From positions 1,920,001 to 1,984,000 of the forward strand of contig CAVYGB010000008.1 of NCBI GenBank assembly GCA_963767925.1: 64,000 bases of DNA, in the 5' to 3' direction. This stretch comes from an uncultured delta proteobacterium. GTDB lineage: Bacteria > Myxococcota_A > Polyangia > Fen-1088. Positions 20,255 to 29,805 of this stretch are shown here, one piece after another; the first letter of the stretch is position 1, and the number at the start of each line of letters is the position of its first letter. The notes beneath the pieces were generated by a model that did no database searches, was not told the origin of the DNA, and was given only the letters and a program-made list of their open reading frames with translations. The position numbers and the translations under genes are program-made.

Positions 20255-20908
20255 TCAGCCTTTGTTCGCCCGGACGAACTTCAGGTGCGTGACCCTGGGC
20301 GCGGCCACCGTGCGCACCAGCTCCAGCCCATGCAGATCGCCGCCCAGCCCCGCGAACAGGCGCTCGCCTCCTCCCAGCAGAATGGGCACCAGATTGATCT
20401 CCATCTCGTCGACAAGGCCAGCCGCCAGGTACTGGTTCGCGACGCTGGCGCCGCCCGCCAGCGCGACATCTTTGCCCCCGGCCGCGCGGCGTGCCTGCTC
20501 CAGCACGGACTGGATGCCCTCGCTGACGAAGTGAAAGGTCGTGTCCCCTTCGCAGGTCAGGGGTGCCCGCGCGTGGTGGGTGATCACGAACACCGGGTGG
20601 TGAAACGGCGGGCTGGCTCCCCACCAGCCCGTCCAGGGTTGCTTCACGTCCCAGCCGCCAGGATGCCCGCCGAACATGTTGCGCCCCATGATCGTCGCCC
20701 CGATGTTGGCCGACGACTCGTCGACCACCCCGCTGCTCTCGTTGGTCTCGCCCCCCTCCAGGCCGTGCACGCTGCGCCACTGTTTCAACGGGACCACCCA
20801 CTCGTGCAGGCCTTCGCCCCCCTTCCCCAGCGGATCTTTCACGCTCTGTTCGGGCCCCGCGACAAACCCATCGAGCGACATCGAGATTCGAAACCGCAGC
20901 CTGGACAT
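20255..20908 (-). CDS. Dihydrofolate reductase-like (RibD C-terminal) protein
   Basis: ISMSLDGFVAGP, GATIMGRNMF, PVFVITH, GGASVANQYL.AGLVDE, PILLGGGERLF. Confidence 0.9.
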   Translation of the reverse strand: MSRLRFRISMSLDGFVAGPEQSVKDPLGKGGEGLHEWVVPLKQWRSVHGLEGGETNESSGVVDESSANIGATIMGRNMFGGHPGGWDVKQPWTGWWGASPPFHHPVFVITHHARAPLTCEGDTTFHFVSEGIQSVLEQARRAAGGKDVALAGGASVANQYLAAGLVDEMEINLVPILLGGGERLFAGLGGDLHGLELVRTVAAPRVTHLKFVRANKG

Positions 20909-21024
20909 GGTCAGCCTCCCTGGCGCCGAAGTGTCTTCCGGCGCTCCTGACCAGGCGACGATCCAACCCGTCCCGGATCGACATGCCAGCGAGGTTTTTC
21001 AGACCTCGTGCGCGCCCGGCCCCC

Positions 21025-21348
21025 CGCTTGGCCGCCGCTCACCGCCTTCCGGAGCTCGAGCGCGCCCTCCTGGGAACGGTCGAGCGCGCGCGGCCCGGGA
21101 GAAGCTTGCCGCCCTGCGGGAGGCCCTCGGGAAGGACCGCGAGGCGTTCGCCAGGTCTTCCAGGCATCTTCTCCGGCGAGCTGCGCCTTGCCCCCACCGC
21201 AGCGGGCGACCGTAAGCGCTCGGCGATGGCCGGGAGCGCACGGCTCGACCAGCTCACCAATTCGAGTGACCCCACCGGGTCTTTTGAGTTGGTGAACCCG
21301 GTGATGCCGGTGGCGGTGGTGGCGCCACGACGGCGGATGGCGGTGTAG
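21025..21348 (+). pseudogene. Decayed 3' remnant of a large serine recombinase
   Basis: Frameshifted pieces LAAAHRLPELERALL / AREKLAALREALGKDR / GIFSGELRLAPTAAGDRKRSAMAGSARL align with the C-terminus of 39731-41425 (LAVAGRLPQMRRDLL / ARQKLASLRQALATDR / ALFPPGSLRFRPTVADGRKVWAIHGTAHL) and run into the same att core. Confidence 0.8.
21266..21279. repeat. att core GTGACCCCACCGGG (left copy)
   Basis: Exact 14-bp match to 41387-41400 (tRNA-Glu 3' end); flanked by the imperfect inverted repeat TCACCAATTCGA / TTGAGTTGGTGA. Confidence 0.88.
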
Positions 21349-21490
21349 TACGGCGGTTGAATGCCTGAGGCAGGGGTCCGTGCGGCGATTGCCGAGCATG
21401 GTGGCCGCGTCTTCCGGGGCACCGAGCGCAGTGTGCCAAACGTAAGGCCCGGAACCGGACACCGGGCCGACAGACGGGTATCGTGTTCAC

Positions 21491-21709
21491 ATGGCGGTCG
21501 TTCTGAACTGGGACGGGAAGGAGGTTCCCGAGGAGTTGCGCACGCTCCCCAAGGGGCGCTACGTCATCGCACCGGTGGACGCCGTACCTGCGCTCACGGC
21601 CGATGAGGAGCAGGGATTGGAGGAGGCGCTCGACGCCCTGGACCGCGGCGAGGGCGTGGACCTCGACCAGGTCCGATCTGAACTCGACGAGCTCGTGCGG
21701 CGCCGTTGA
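21491..21709 (+). CDS. Putative antitoxin
   Basis: 72-aa acidic ORF (LTADEEQGLEEALDALDRGEGV) overlapping the toxin start (TTGA). Confidence 0.7.
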   Translation: MAVVLNWDGKEVPEELRTLPKGRYVIAPVDAVPALTADEEQGLEEALDALDRGEGVDLDQVRSELDELVRRR

Positions 21710-21992
21710 GGTTCACGCTCGCCCCCCAGGCGCGGCAGGACCTCCACTCGGCCGTCTCGTACTTGCTGGACAGGAATCCGGCTGCCGCCGTCGCCCTCAA
21801 GGACCAGTTGATCGGGACCATCGAGCAACTCGCCCGCGGCGACTTCGACGGTCCGGAGGTGCAGCTCCGGTCCGGCGGTGGGTCCGGAGTTGGCCGGTCC
21901 CACCGTACCGGATCTATTACCAGCGCACCGCCGACGTGCTGAGGGTCGTCCGCGTCTACCATCAAGCGCGCCGGCCAATCGTCCGGAGGTAG
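21706..21992 (+). CDS. ParE/RelE family toxin (frameshift near 21875)
   Basis: LAPQARQDL..AVSYL.DRNPAAA in one frame; RSWPVPPYRIYYQR...LRVVRVYHQARRP in another. Confidence 0.82.
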
Positions 21993-21997
21993 CCCGG

Positions 21998-22951
21998 TCA
22001 ACCACGTCGGCGGCTACCTTCGCCACCGCCGCTTCGACCTGTCGGACCAGGTCGCCCGGGCCGACCTGCGCCCCGGATCATGTCCGAGAAGGAGCGGCAG
22101 ACGAACCGGGGGTAATGCCTCTTCGTTACCAGCGGCGAGGAGTGGTTTACCGCCGCAGAGACCTCATCGAGGGGGACACCGGCTTCCAGGTTGTGACTGA
22201 TGAACGAGTGCCGGGTCGCCTCGTAGAAGGTCATGTCGGGCACCTCGCAGACAATCCGGGCGGCCTCCCAGCAACTCTGCACGAACTCCCTCCGGCCCCT
22301 GCCAGCTTGACGCACGCGGACGGTCACCCGGCTTTGTCGGCGTGAAGACCAGGTCCTCGCGCCCCGCCCCTTCCGCCCTCCGGCGCTGCAGCCATGGGCC
22401 GATCACCTTCTTCGTGTCCACGTGTGCGGGCACCATCTTGGCCTTGCTGTGGCCCCGCCAGTCTTCCTTCAGAGGTCCGATTCCGTCCTCCGCGGCACTC
22501 CCCCGCACCACGATGAGTCCCTCATCCACGAACGCGAAGTCGTGCATGCGCAGCGCCCGTGTCTCGGATGGTCGCAGTCCTGACCGGTTGCCGAGCCAGA
22601 AGACGTAGTTGACCGGCTCCGGCAGCGCGGTGAACAGCTTCTGGAATGTCTTCTCGTCCCGAATCCACGGCCGGTCCCTGTCCGGCGCCGGATGCGGTCG
22701 GCGCCCCGGGGGCACCGACCGGCAGGGATTCACCTCGGCGTGCCCCATCCCGATGGCCCAACTCCAGAATCGGGAAAGCAAGTTGAAGGCGTGCCGCTGT
22801 GACTGGCCACTACCTCCACTGCCCTTCAGGACTTGTAGCCATCTCATGACTGCGGCTACCGTCTGGCCGTCGCCCAGCGTGACGTCCCTCCAGACGGGGA
22901 CCACGTGCGCCTCGGCGCGCTTCCGGTCGTTCTTCGCGTTCCGGTTGGACA
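21998..22951 (-). pseudogene. Tyrosine recombinase, 5'-truncated by an IS21 element and frameshifted near 22295
   Basis: GNRSGLRPSETRAL, FYEATRHSF, VNHSSPLVTKRHY; closely similar to 35037-36266; similarity stops at 22951. Confidence 0.85.
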
Positions 22952-23068
22952 TGCTTGTCGACGGCAGCCTGAATCCGCATCGATCTGACGGTCGAGGTCG
23001 GACCGGCAGGAAAGTCGCGGAGACAGTGCCCGCGGTGTAGACGCACGCGCGCGGGAGCGGAAAGAGGT

Positions 23069-23098
23069 GGGGGACCGGGTCTTGCCACCCGGTCCCCC
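23069..23098. other. Perfect 12-bp hairpin in the leader of IS21 element A
   Basis: GGGGGACCGGGT-cttgcc-ACCCGGTCCCCC. Confidence 0.6.
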
Positions 23099-23173
23099 GT
23101 GCGCGGATGGACGCGCGCTGGGAAGATCGCCCAGCTCGCGCCCGCCGTCCAGTTCCTCCGCTGCCGCGGGCGG

Positions 23174-23845
23174 ATGGACGAGCTCGAGTTCCTGGACCTG
23201 CGATGCGCGTGGTGCCTGCGGACCTTTCAGGTCTGCGTCCCCTGTTTCCGCGGGCAGCGGTATTGCACTGAGGACTGCCGCAAGCACGGCGACCTGCGAG
23301 CCCGGCGAGCGGCGAATGCCCGGCACCAATGTTCGGCTGAAGGCCGCGAGGATCACCGGGACCGCATGCGGGACCTGCGCGCTCGGCGGCGATGCCGCGT
23401 GACGGATACGGGTATCGAGAAATTTGCGTTCCTGGCTCCCTTGGTGCCGCCGGGTGCTCCGGCCTCCGCCATGCCGGCGGGATCCGCGGGCGACGGCCAA
23501 GGAGAGTCCGACGAGCCGATACACCGTGATGCTGTCGACGAGCATGAGCCGGACGCGCCTGCTCTTGCTGGATGGCCAGGACGAGCTGATGAGGGCGGTC
23601 CTGCCGCCCGGGCACCTGCTCCGTCAGCGCAGGGCAGCCAAGAGCCTGCTCGAGGGGATCTCGCTGTGGCTGGACGCCCAGGTCTCCGTTGTGCTGTCTG
23701 CGGACGAGGCGGAGGCCTCGTACTACCTGGACCTCGTCGACGAGCTCGGCACGCCAACCCGAAGCGTGTACTTCGACGTGCGGCTGGTCGACAAGGCCGG
23801 GCGCCGCCGGCCGCGACGTCTGCGCGGCGTGTGCGATTTCACTGA
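23174..23845 (+). CDS. Cys-rich (putative Zn-binding) IS21 accessory protein
   Basis: CAWC..F.VCVPCFRGQRYCTEDCR..RRAANARHQ...GR; homologous to 29806-30261. C-terminal extent uncertain because it overlaps the next ORF. Confidence 0.65.
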   Translation: MDELEFLDLRCAWCLRTFQVCVPCFRGQRYCTEDCRKHGDLRARRAANARHQCSAEGREDHRDRMRDLRARRRCRVTDTGIEKFAFLAPLVPPGAPASAMPAGSAGDGQGESDEPIHRDAVDEHEPDAPALAGWPGRADEGGPAARAPAPSAQGSQEPARGDLAVAGRPGLRCAVCGRGGGLVLPGPRRRARHANPKRVLRRAAGRQGRAPPAATSARRVRFH

Positions 23846-23888
23846 CCTGCGCCAACTGTCGCTCCTGGCCGACGGTGGTGCCCGATGA
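23529..23888 (+). CDS. Second IS21 accessory hypothetical protein
   Basis: Protein-like ORF (RTRLLLLDGQDELMRAVLPP..LLEGISLWLD); stop overlaps the istA ATG (ATGA). Confidence 0.7.
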   Translation: MLSTSMSRTRLLLLDGQDELMRAVLPPGHLLRQRRAAKSLLEGISLWLDAQVSVVLSADEAEASYYLDLVDELGTPTRSVYFDVRLVDKAGRRRPRRLRGVCDFTDLRQLSLLADGGAR

Positions 23889-25363
23889 CACTCGACCCCG
23901 AGCGTGAAGCCGAGATTCGCCGGCTCCATTACGCCGAGCATTGGCCGGTCGGCACGGTGGCGTCACAGCTGGGCGTGCACCCAGAGGCGGTCAAGCGCGT
24001 GCTGGGCCTGCTCGAGGCGCGCGCACCAGGCCCGCCACGACCGCGCATCGTCGATCCCTTCCGGTCCTTCGTGGAGCAGACCTTGTCCAAGTACCCCCGT
24101 CTGCGCTCGACGCGCCTGCACGACATGCTCGTCGCCCGGGGCTTCAAAGGCAGCGTCCGCACCCTGCGAGACTTCGTCGCCGGTGTGCGGCCCCGGCCAG
24201 CGCGAGAGGCGTACCTCCGCACCGACCCGCTCATCGGCGAGCAGGCCCAGGTGGACTGGGCGCACGTGGGGGATGTCGATGTCCGTGGTGGACGCCGCAC
24301 GCTCTGGCTCTTCGTCATGGTCCTCTCCTGGTCGCGCGCGCTCTGGGGCGAATTCGTCTTCGACCTCACCGTCTACTCCCTGCTTCGCTCGATGCTCCGC
24401 GCAGCCATCCACTTCGGTGGCAACTGCCGGCAGTGGCTCTTCGACAATCCCAAGACCGTCGTCCTCGGTCGGGTCGGCGAGGCCGTCCGCTTCCACCCGC
24501 TGCTGCTCGACTTCGCCGGCAAGATGTACGTCCAACCGCGCGCCTGCGCGGTCCGCAAGGCCAACCAGAAAGGTCGCGTCGAGAGGGCGATCCGTTTCAG
24601 CCGTGACCGCTTCCTCGCCGGTCGCGAAATCACGAGCATCGAGCAGGGCAACCGCGAATTCGCCGATTTCATGGCCGGCATCGCCCTCGATCGGCCCCAT
24701 CCCACCATCCCCAACCGCACCGTGCGCGATTGCTTCGAGGAGGAGAGGCACCGGCTGCTCGCACTTCCGCCGGCCCTGCCCGAGACCGACCTGGTCACGC
24801 CTGCGCGCGTGGACAAGACCGCGTTCATCCGCTTCGACGTCAACTCCTACTCCGTCCCCCCGCGCCACGTCCTCGAGACGCTCACCATCGCCGCAGACGA
24901 TCGCTGGCTCCGCGTCCTCGATGCCTTCGGCGCGACCGTCGCCAGGCACGCTCGCTGCTGGGGCCGGCGCCAGACCATCGAGCTGCCCGAACATCGTGAG
25001 GCCATTCTCGAGCAGAAGCGCGGCGCCCGCGAGCACAGGGGCCGCGACCGCCTGCGCGCCGCGGTCCCCGCGATCGACCGCCTCTTCGACCGTTGGCTGG
25101 AGATGGGCTGCAACGTCGGCAGCATGACGTCCCGAACCCTCGTCCTCCTGGACCTGTACGGCCGTGACCTATTCGCCGCTGCCGTGACCGACGTCCCGGC
25201 CCGCGGCACCTGGGACGTCGGCGCAATTTCGCAATTGTGCGAGCTGAGGCGCGTGGCCGCCACCCGCCCCGTGCCCGTCCCCGTTGCGCTCGGAGCCCAT
25301 GTGCCAGAGCGAGACGTGATCCCCCACGCCCTGGAGGGCTACGATGCCATTCGACGTCGTTGA
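23885..25363 (+). CDS. istA: IS21 transposase IstA
   Basis: N-terminal HTH, GEQAQVDW, LSWSR, LFDNPKTVV, KGRVERAIRF. Confidence 0.92.
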   Translation: MTLDPEREAEIRRLHYAEHWPVGTVASQLGVHPEAVKRVLGLLEARAPGPPRPRIVDPFRSFVEQTLSKYPRLRSTRLHDMLVARGFKGSVRTLRDFVAGVRPRPAREAYLRTDPLIGEQAQVDWAHVGDVDVRGGRRTLWLFVMVLSWSRALWGEFVFDLTVYSLLRSMLRAAIHFGGNCRQWLFDNPKTVVLGRVGEAVRFHPLLLDFAGKMYVQPRACAVRKANQKGRVERAIRFSRDRFLAGREITSIEQGNREFADFMAGIALDRPHPTIPNRTVRDCFEEERHRLLALPPALPETDLVTPARVDKTAFIRFDVNSYSVPPRHVLETLTIAADDRWLRVLDAFGATVARHARCWGRRQTIELPEHREAILEQKRGAREHRGRDRLRAAVPAIDRLFDRWLEMGCNVGSMTSRTLVLLDLYGRDLFAAAVTDVPARGTWDVGAISQLCELRRVAATRPVPVPVALGAHVPERDVIPHALEGYDAIRRR

Positions 25364-25959
25364 AGCTCTCCGCGACCTCGGATTCCGCTGCCCGACGGCC
25401 AGCATCACGGCCATGCTCGAGGAGGCCACCAAAGCCAAGCTTTCCCCGATCCAGGTCTGTGAGCGTCTCGCCAAGCTCGAGCGTCGCGAGCGCGACGCGC
25501 GTAATCTCGCCCGCCGCACACGCGCCGCCACCCTCGGTCCATTCGCCGCGCTCGACACCTTCGATTGGAATCACCCCGCAGCATCGACCGCGCGCTCTAC
25601 GAGCACCTGCTCGGCCTCGACTTCGTCGAAGCCGGTGAGAACGTCCTGCTCCGTGGCCAGAGCGGCGTCGGCAAGACCACGCTTGCCCAGAACCTCGCGC
25701 TTGCGGCGCTCAACGCCGGCCACCGCGTCCGCTTCTGCACCTTGGCCTCGGCCCTCACCGACCTGCTCAAGCAGGAGTCCTTGCCTGCCCTCGACCGCCG
25801 CCTGCGGCGCTACGTCCAACCCACCGTCCTCGTCCTCGACGAGCTTGGCTACTTGCCCTGCGACTCGCGATCGGCTGACCTGCTTTACACAATCCTCAGC
25901 CGCAGGCACCTCGTCCGGCCGACCGTGATCACGACGAACCTGGCCTTCAAGGAATGGGG
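25344..25959 (+). pseudogene. istB: IS21 ATPase IstB, frameshifted near 25578 and truncated after AFKEWG
   Basis: LDTFDWNHP / RSIDR, Walker A GQSGVGKT, Walker B LVLDELGY, ITTNLAFKEWG; the DRL..H C-terminus is missing. Confidence 0.88.
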
Positions 25960-26274
25960 TGCTGGTGGCAGTGAAATCCTCCCCCGGCACGGCGGCCGAA
26001 ATCGCCTCGGGTGACGGAGAGGCGGATCGCGCGGTGACGCCGATTTCGGGCCCGACAGGGAATCGCTTTGGGTGCCCGGCGCGACCTGATTGGGCCGGAA
26101 GTTGCCTGGTAGGTCCGTGGCGAGGCGAAAGCCTGTAGTGGGGCCGCGAGGGCGCCAGGGCGATCTCAAGGGGGGCACGCGGATGGCGGAGGGTCGGCCG
26201 GGGAGGCGTGCCCCCCCTCCCGGGGCGCGGCTCGAGGCGGATCCCGAGACAGACGGCGCCCGCTCGGCGGTCGA

Positions 26275-26505
26275 TCAGAAGAGCGAGTCGTCCGGATCGT
26301 ACGACGGGGGATCGCTGTTCGAGGCGGGATCCTCAGCGACGTCGGGATCGGGCTCGGGCTGGAGGATCGCCTCGCGGTAGACCTGCCACAGCTCACCCTG
26401 GAGCTGCTCGAGGCAGTCGATGAGCGCCCCGGCCTCGCGCGGGCCGAGCGCGGGCAGCACGAGGGTGACGATGCGTGGTGGAGGCGCGGCTGGACGACTG
26501 CTCAC
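26275..26505 (-). CDS. Small acidic hypothetical protein downstream of istB
   Basis: GTG overlaps the istB stop (GTGA); 76 aa, ALIDCLEQLQGELWQVY...YDPDDSLF. Confidence 0.6.
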   Translation of the reverse strand: MSSRPAAPPPRIVTLVLPALGPREAGALIDCLEQLQGELWQVYREAILQPEPDPDVAEDPASNSDPPSYDPDDSLF

Positions 26506-27345
26506 GATCGCTCCGGGCGCTTCCGGTCGGCGTCTCGGTGGCCGCGATGGCCGGAGGGACGTCGACCTCGCTTCGGCGGCAGTGGGCCGGGGGACGAGTC
26601 TCGATCGACGCGGAAGCTCTTGGCGTCTTTGGGGAAGGTGAAGATGTGCGCGCCCTCGATGAGGCGGTCGAGGGCGGGTGTGACCTGGGAGGGACTGCCG
26701 AGCGCCTGTGGCCACTCCTCGAAGCCGAGGTTGGTGGCGAGGATGATCGAATCCGCGACGGTATCGGCGGGCGACGAGCTCGAAGAAGACGCCGGCGAAG
26801 TCGTGCTCGCGCTTGCGGGGACTGTTTCCTAGCTCGTCCACAATCAATAGATCCGGCTTGCACATCTCGTCGAGGATCTGGTCGAGCGTGTCGTCGGCGA
26901 GCGAGGCGTAGAGGCGGGTCAACAGCTCGTAGGCGCGGCAGAAGCGCACGCGGTAGCCAGCCTGACACGCGCGCACACCGAGGCTCACCGCCAGATGGGT
27001 CTTGCCCACGCCGCTCGGGCCGATCCACAGAACGGCCTGACGGCGGTCGACAAAGCCCAGCTCGGCGAGGTCGAGCACCTGCTTGCGGTCGAGGCTCGGC
27101 TGCTTCTTGAAATCGTAGTCTTCCAGCCGACAAATCTCGGGGAAGTCGGCCTGGCTGATCCGTTTTTGTGTGCCCGTCTCCTTGCGTGCCAACACCTCCG
27201 CCTCGGCGATGCGTGCAATGAACGCGAGGTGCCCGAGCTTGAGCGCGGCGGCCTGTCGAATGTGCTCGTCCAGATTCTGGGCGGCGTGGCGCAGCCCGAT
27301 CCTGCGCAGGTGCTCGTACAGGCGATCCATTTCTTCGCTAGCCAT
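26502..27345 (-). CDS. istB: IS21 ATPase IstB (frameshift near 26755)
   Basis: LEDYDFKKQPSLDR, GPSGVGKTHLA, LLIVDELG; after the shift IILATNLGFEEW..ALDRLIE. Confidence 0.88.
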
Positions 27346-28915
27346 GCGCTCCTCCGTCTTCGTCGTCGGGATCCCCGCGCCGCTTGGGCGGCGGGGGCTC
27401 GGTGGATGGATGGCTCGCACGATCGCGGGCCAATCGCTCGTACGCGGCCAGGCTCCGCTGGAAAGATCCCGCGCCCTTGAGGAAGTCAGCCACGTGAGCG
27501 GGCACCGGGTCCGACGCTGGTACAACCGGACCGGGCGCTCCGGGCGGGCGCGGCGGATGACGGCCGGTCACGATCCGCGCGACCGCATTGTGATCGAAGG
27601 CGCCGTAGCGGGTCGCATGGCGCAAGGCCTCGGCCACGCGGATGACGCCGACTCTGTCGGCGAGCTGCAAGATTTTGCTCATGTGGTAGCCGGCCGCGCC
27701 CCCGCGCGCCTCGCGCAGGCCGGCGGCGAAATCCTCCGCGCCGCTGCCGAGCCGCAAGAATTGCTGGGCCAGCACGTGCCGGCTCGTGCTCCGCTGCCGA
27801 AACTCCGCCTCGTGCTCGGGCAAGATGACCCGCGGTCCGTCGGTACCGATGGCGTGCTCGGCGACGATCTGGCCATCGACATGCACCTCCATTCGCCCCT
27901 CGAGCACGTGCAGCCACGCGTCTTTGCCGGTCAGGCGCGGCGGCACCGAATAGCGGACGCTCTGCCAGGCGACACAGAAATCGTCGCCGACGAGCCGCGG
28001 GACCACCTCTGCCGCGACGAAGGCCTTGGGCGGCAAAGGCACCAGCTGCGGCCGCTCCTCGGCGAGAAGATGCGCGGGCTGCTGCCCCGTCGTACGGTGG
28101 TCGCGCACGTTTGCCCGGGCCAACCAGGCCACTGCCTGGTCGTTGAGATCGCCGAGATCGCGAAAGCGACGGCCCGCCAAGAAATTCTCCTCGGTGAAGC
28201 GAAAGGGCTCCTCCACCTTGCCCTTGCCCTCCTTGTACCCGGGGGCCAGCGGCACCGCCGTGAAGCCGTAGTGCTGCACCATCTTCTCGAACAGCGGGTG
28301 ATAGAGCACGCCGTCGCGGTAGCTCTCGAGCACGACTTGCTTCATCCGGTCGTAGAGGATCTCGTGCGGTACCCCGCCCGCTGCCTCGAAGGCCAGCACG
28401 TGACTGTGGCAGACGCTGTGCACTTCCGCCGACAGCGTGAAGCGCATGAACCGCCACCGGCTGAATCCCAGAACGAGAGAGAAGCACACGACCTTGGTGG
28501 GCACCTCGCCGAAGAGCACTGTGTATGGAGAGAGATCTACCTGTCCTTGCACGCCAGGCCCGGTCTCGAAGCGCAGGTGCGGACGTCGCCGGGTCTTGGG
28601 CCGAAAGCCGCGGATGTGCTTCTTGAGGATCGTGTAGCCGCCCTTGTACCCGACGGCCTCGATCTCCTCGTACACGCGGACCGCCGTCAGCTCCTGGTCG
28701 AGCACGAGCGACCGGATGAGCGGCCGGAATGGATCGAGCATCGACGGCCGTGGCTTCCTTTGCCGCACCTTTCGTCGCACCACCGCGCGCACCGTCTTCG
28801 GATCCACACCGAGCTCGCGCGCGATCGCGCGGATCGACTGACCCTCTGTCTTTAGCCGCTCGATGAGGACGTTGCGGCGGTCGCGTCGCTCGCGCCGGCG
28901 CTTGGTCGTTTCAAC
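27338..28915 (-). CDS. istA: IS21 transposase IstA (no canonical start codon seen near the HTH)
   Basis: SIRAIARELGVDPKTVR HTH, RFETGPGVQGQVD, LGFSR, LYDRMKQV, KGKVEEPF. Confidence 0.88.
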   Translation of the reverse strand, partial: VETTKRRRERRDRRNVLIERLKTEGQSIRAIARELGVDPKTVRAVVRRKVRQRKPRPSMLDPFRPLIRSLVLDQELTAVRVYEEIEAVGYKGGYTILKKHIRGFRPKTRRRPHLRFETGPGVQGQVDLSPYTVLFGEVPTKVVCFSLVLGFSRWRFMRFTLSAEVHSVCHSHVLAFEAAGGVPHEILYDRMKQVVLESYRDGVLYHPLFEKMVQHYGFTAVPLAPGYKEGKGKVEEPFRFTEENFLAGRRFRDLGDLNDQAVAWLARANVRDHRTTGQQPAHLLAEERPQLVPLPPKAFVAAEVVPRLVGDDFCVAWQSVRYSVPPRLTGKDAWLHVLEGRMEVHVDGQIVAEHAIGTDGPRVILPEHEAEFRQRSTSRHVLAQQFLRLGSGAEDFAAGLREARGGAAGYHMSKILQLADRVGVIRVAEALRHATRYGAFDHNAVARIVTGRHPPRPPGAPGPVVPASDPVPAHVADFLKGAGSFQRSLAAYERLARDRASHPSTEPPPPKRRGDPDDEDGGAHG

Positions 28916-29787
28916 GCGGACCCAAGCGCGGTCAGAAGTGTCGAGACCGCCGCCTTCGTCTGCCCCAGATCCTTGGCCAGCAGCCGATGATCTGCCTCCG
29001 GCGGTGGTGGATCCAGAAGCCCTGCCGTCCGCGGCGCCACTCCCTGCAGCAGGCGCAGCAGGCGCACCAGCTTCTGGCTCTGCGACGACAGCCGCGGATC
29101 CTGCGGCGGCTGCGACAGCTCCGGGTGCGCCTTGCTCAGCGCCGCCCTCGGCTCGCGCAGTAGGTACCGCCGCGCCTCCGGATCCGTCGCTCGCTGCCAC
29201 AGGCTCACCAGGATCTCGGTGTCCCGTGGCCCGAGCCCCGCGCTCTGAGCCGCCGCCGCGACCTCGAGTTGGTTGCCCGCGGGCAACGGCAGAAGCCGCC
29301 GCGCCACTCCCGGGTGCATCACCCCCACCTTGATCCCCTCCACCAACTCCGGGTGCAGCCGCTCCACCAGCCCGATCCGCCGCGACACCCAGCTCTTGTG
29401 TCGCTGTAGCATCTGGGCGATCTGAACCTGCGTCAGCCCCGTCGCCGCCAGCTCCCGCAGCACCAACGCCTCCTCCAGCTCTGTCATCGAGTGCGGGCCG
29501 CGATTGAGCGCCAGCATCGTCACCCACTGCCCCGCCTCGTCGAGCGGCATCACCCGCACCATCAGCGTCGGCCACCCAAGCGCCGTCGCCGCCTCCCTCC
29601 GCTTGAAGCCGTCCACCAACTCCAGCTTCCCCTCGCGGTCCACCGCCACCATCGGTTGCAGCTGCCCCTGCGCCGACAAGCTCTGCCGCATCCGCTCGAC
29701 CAGCGCTGGCCGCTGGCAACGCGCACGCCCGAGCGTCGTCCCCAGCATCGCGATCGGGCGCTGCTCGGCCGGGCTCGGCGCTACCAT
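28852..29787 (-). CDS. ParB N-terminal-like domain + HTH protein
   Basis: MRQSL..QGQLQPMV..LVDGFKRREAA..LG; HTH LTQVQIAQMLQRHKSWVSRRI; RBS GAGGAG. Confidence 0.82.
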   Translation of the reverse strand: MVAPSPAEQRPIAMLGTTLGRARCQRPALVERMRQSLSAQGQLQPMVAVDREGKLELVDGFKRREAATALGWPTLMVRVMPLDEAGQWVTMLALNRGPHSMTELEEALVLRELAATGLTQVQIAQMLQRHKSWVSRRIGLVERLHPELVEGIKVGVMHPGVARRLLPLPAGNQLEVAAAAQSAGLGPRDTEILVSLWQRATDPEARRYLLREPRAALSKAHPELSQPPQDPRLSSQSQKLVRLLRLLQGVAPRTAGLLDPPPPEADHRLLAKDLGQTKAAVSTLLTALGSALKRPSAGASDATAATSSSSG

Positions 29788-29805
29788 TGTCTCGCTCTCC
29801 TCTCG

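Larger units (their letters stand above)
22952..25959 (+). mobile_element. IS21-family element A (two accessory ORFs + istA + istB), right end lost
   Basis: Begins TGC exactly where integrase similarity ends; istB is cut at 25959 by element B. Confidence 0.75.

Noticed and set aside
21009..21019. TGCGCGCCCGG matches the 3' end of the tRNA-Arg-like element (36393-36403), a possible second att
   Set aside because: Only 11 GC-rich bases, and the same string occurs inside eboC near 50741. The position at the recombinase-remnant breakpoint is suggestive but not sufficient.
22164..23966. 600-aa minus-strand ORF read as a long integrase
   Set aside because: Chimera of IS antisense sequence read into the truncated integrase.
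25570..26760. Frameshifts in both istB genes as programmed recoding
   Set aside because: They lie at different positions, lack slippery motifs, and the window is full of indels.
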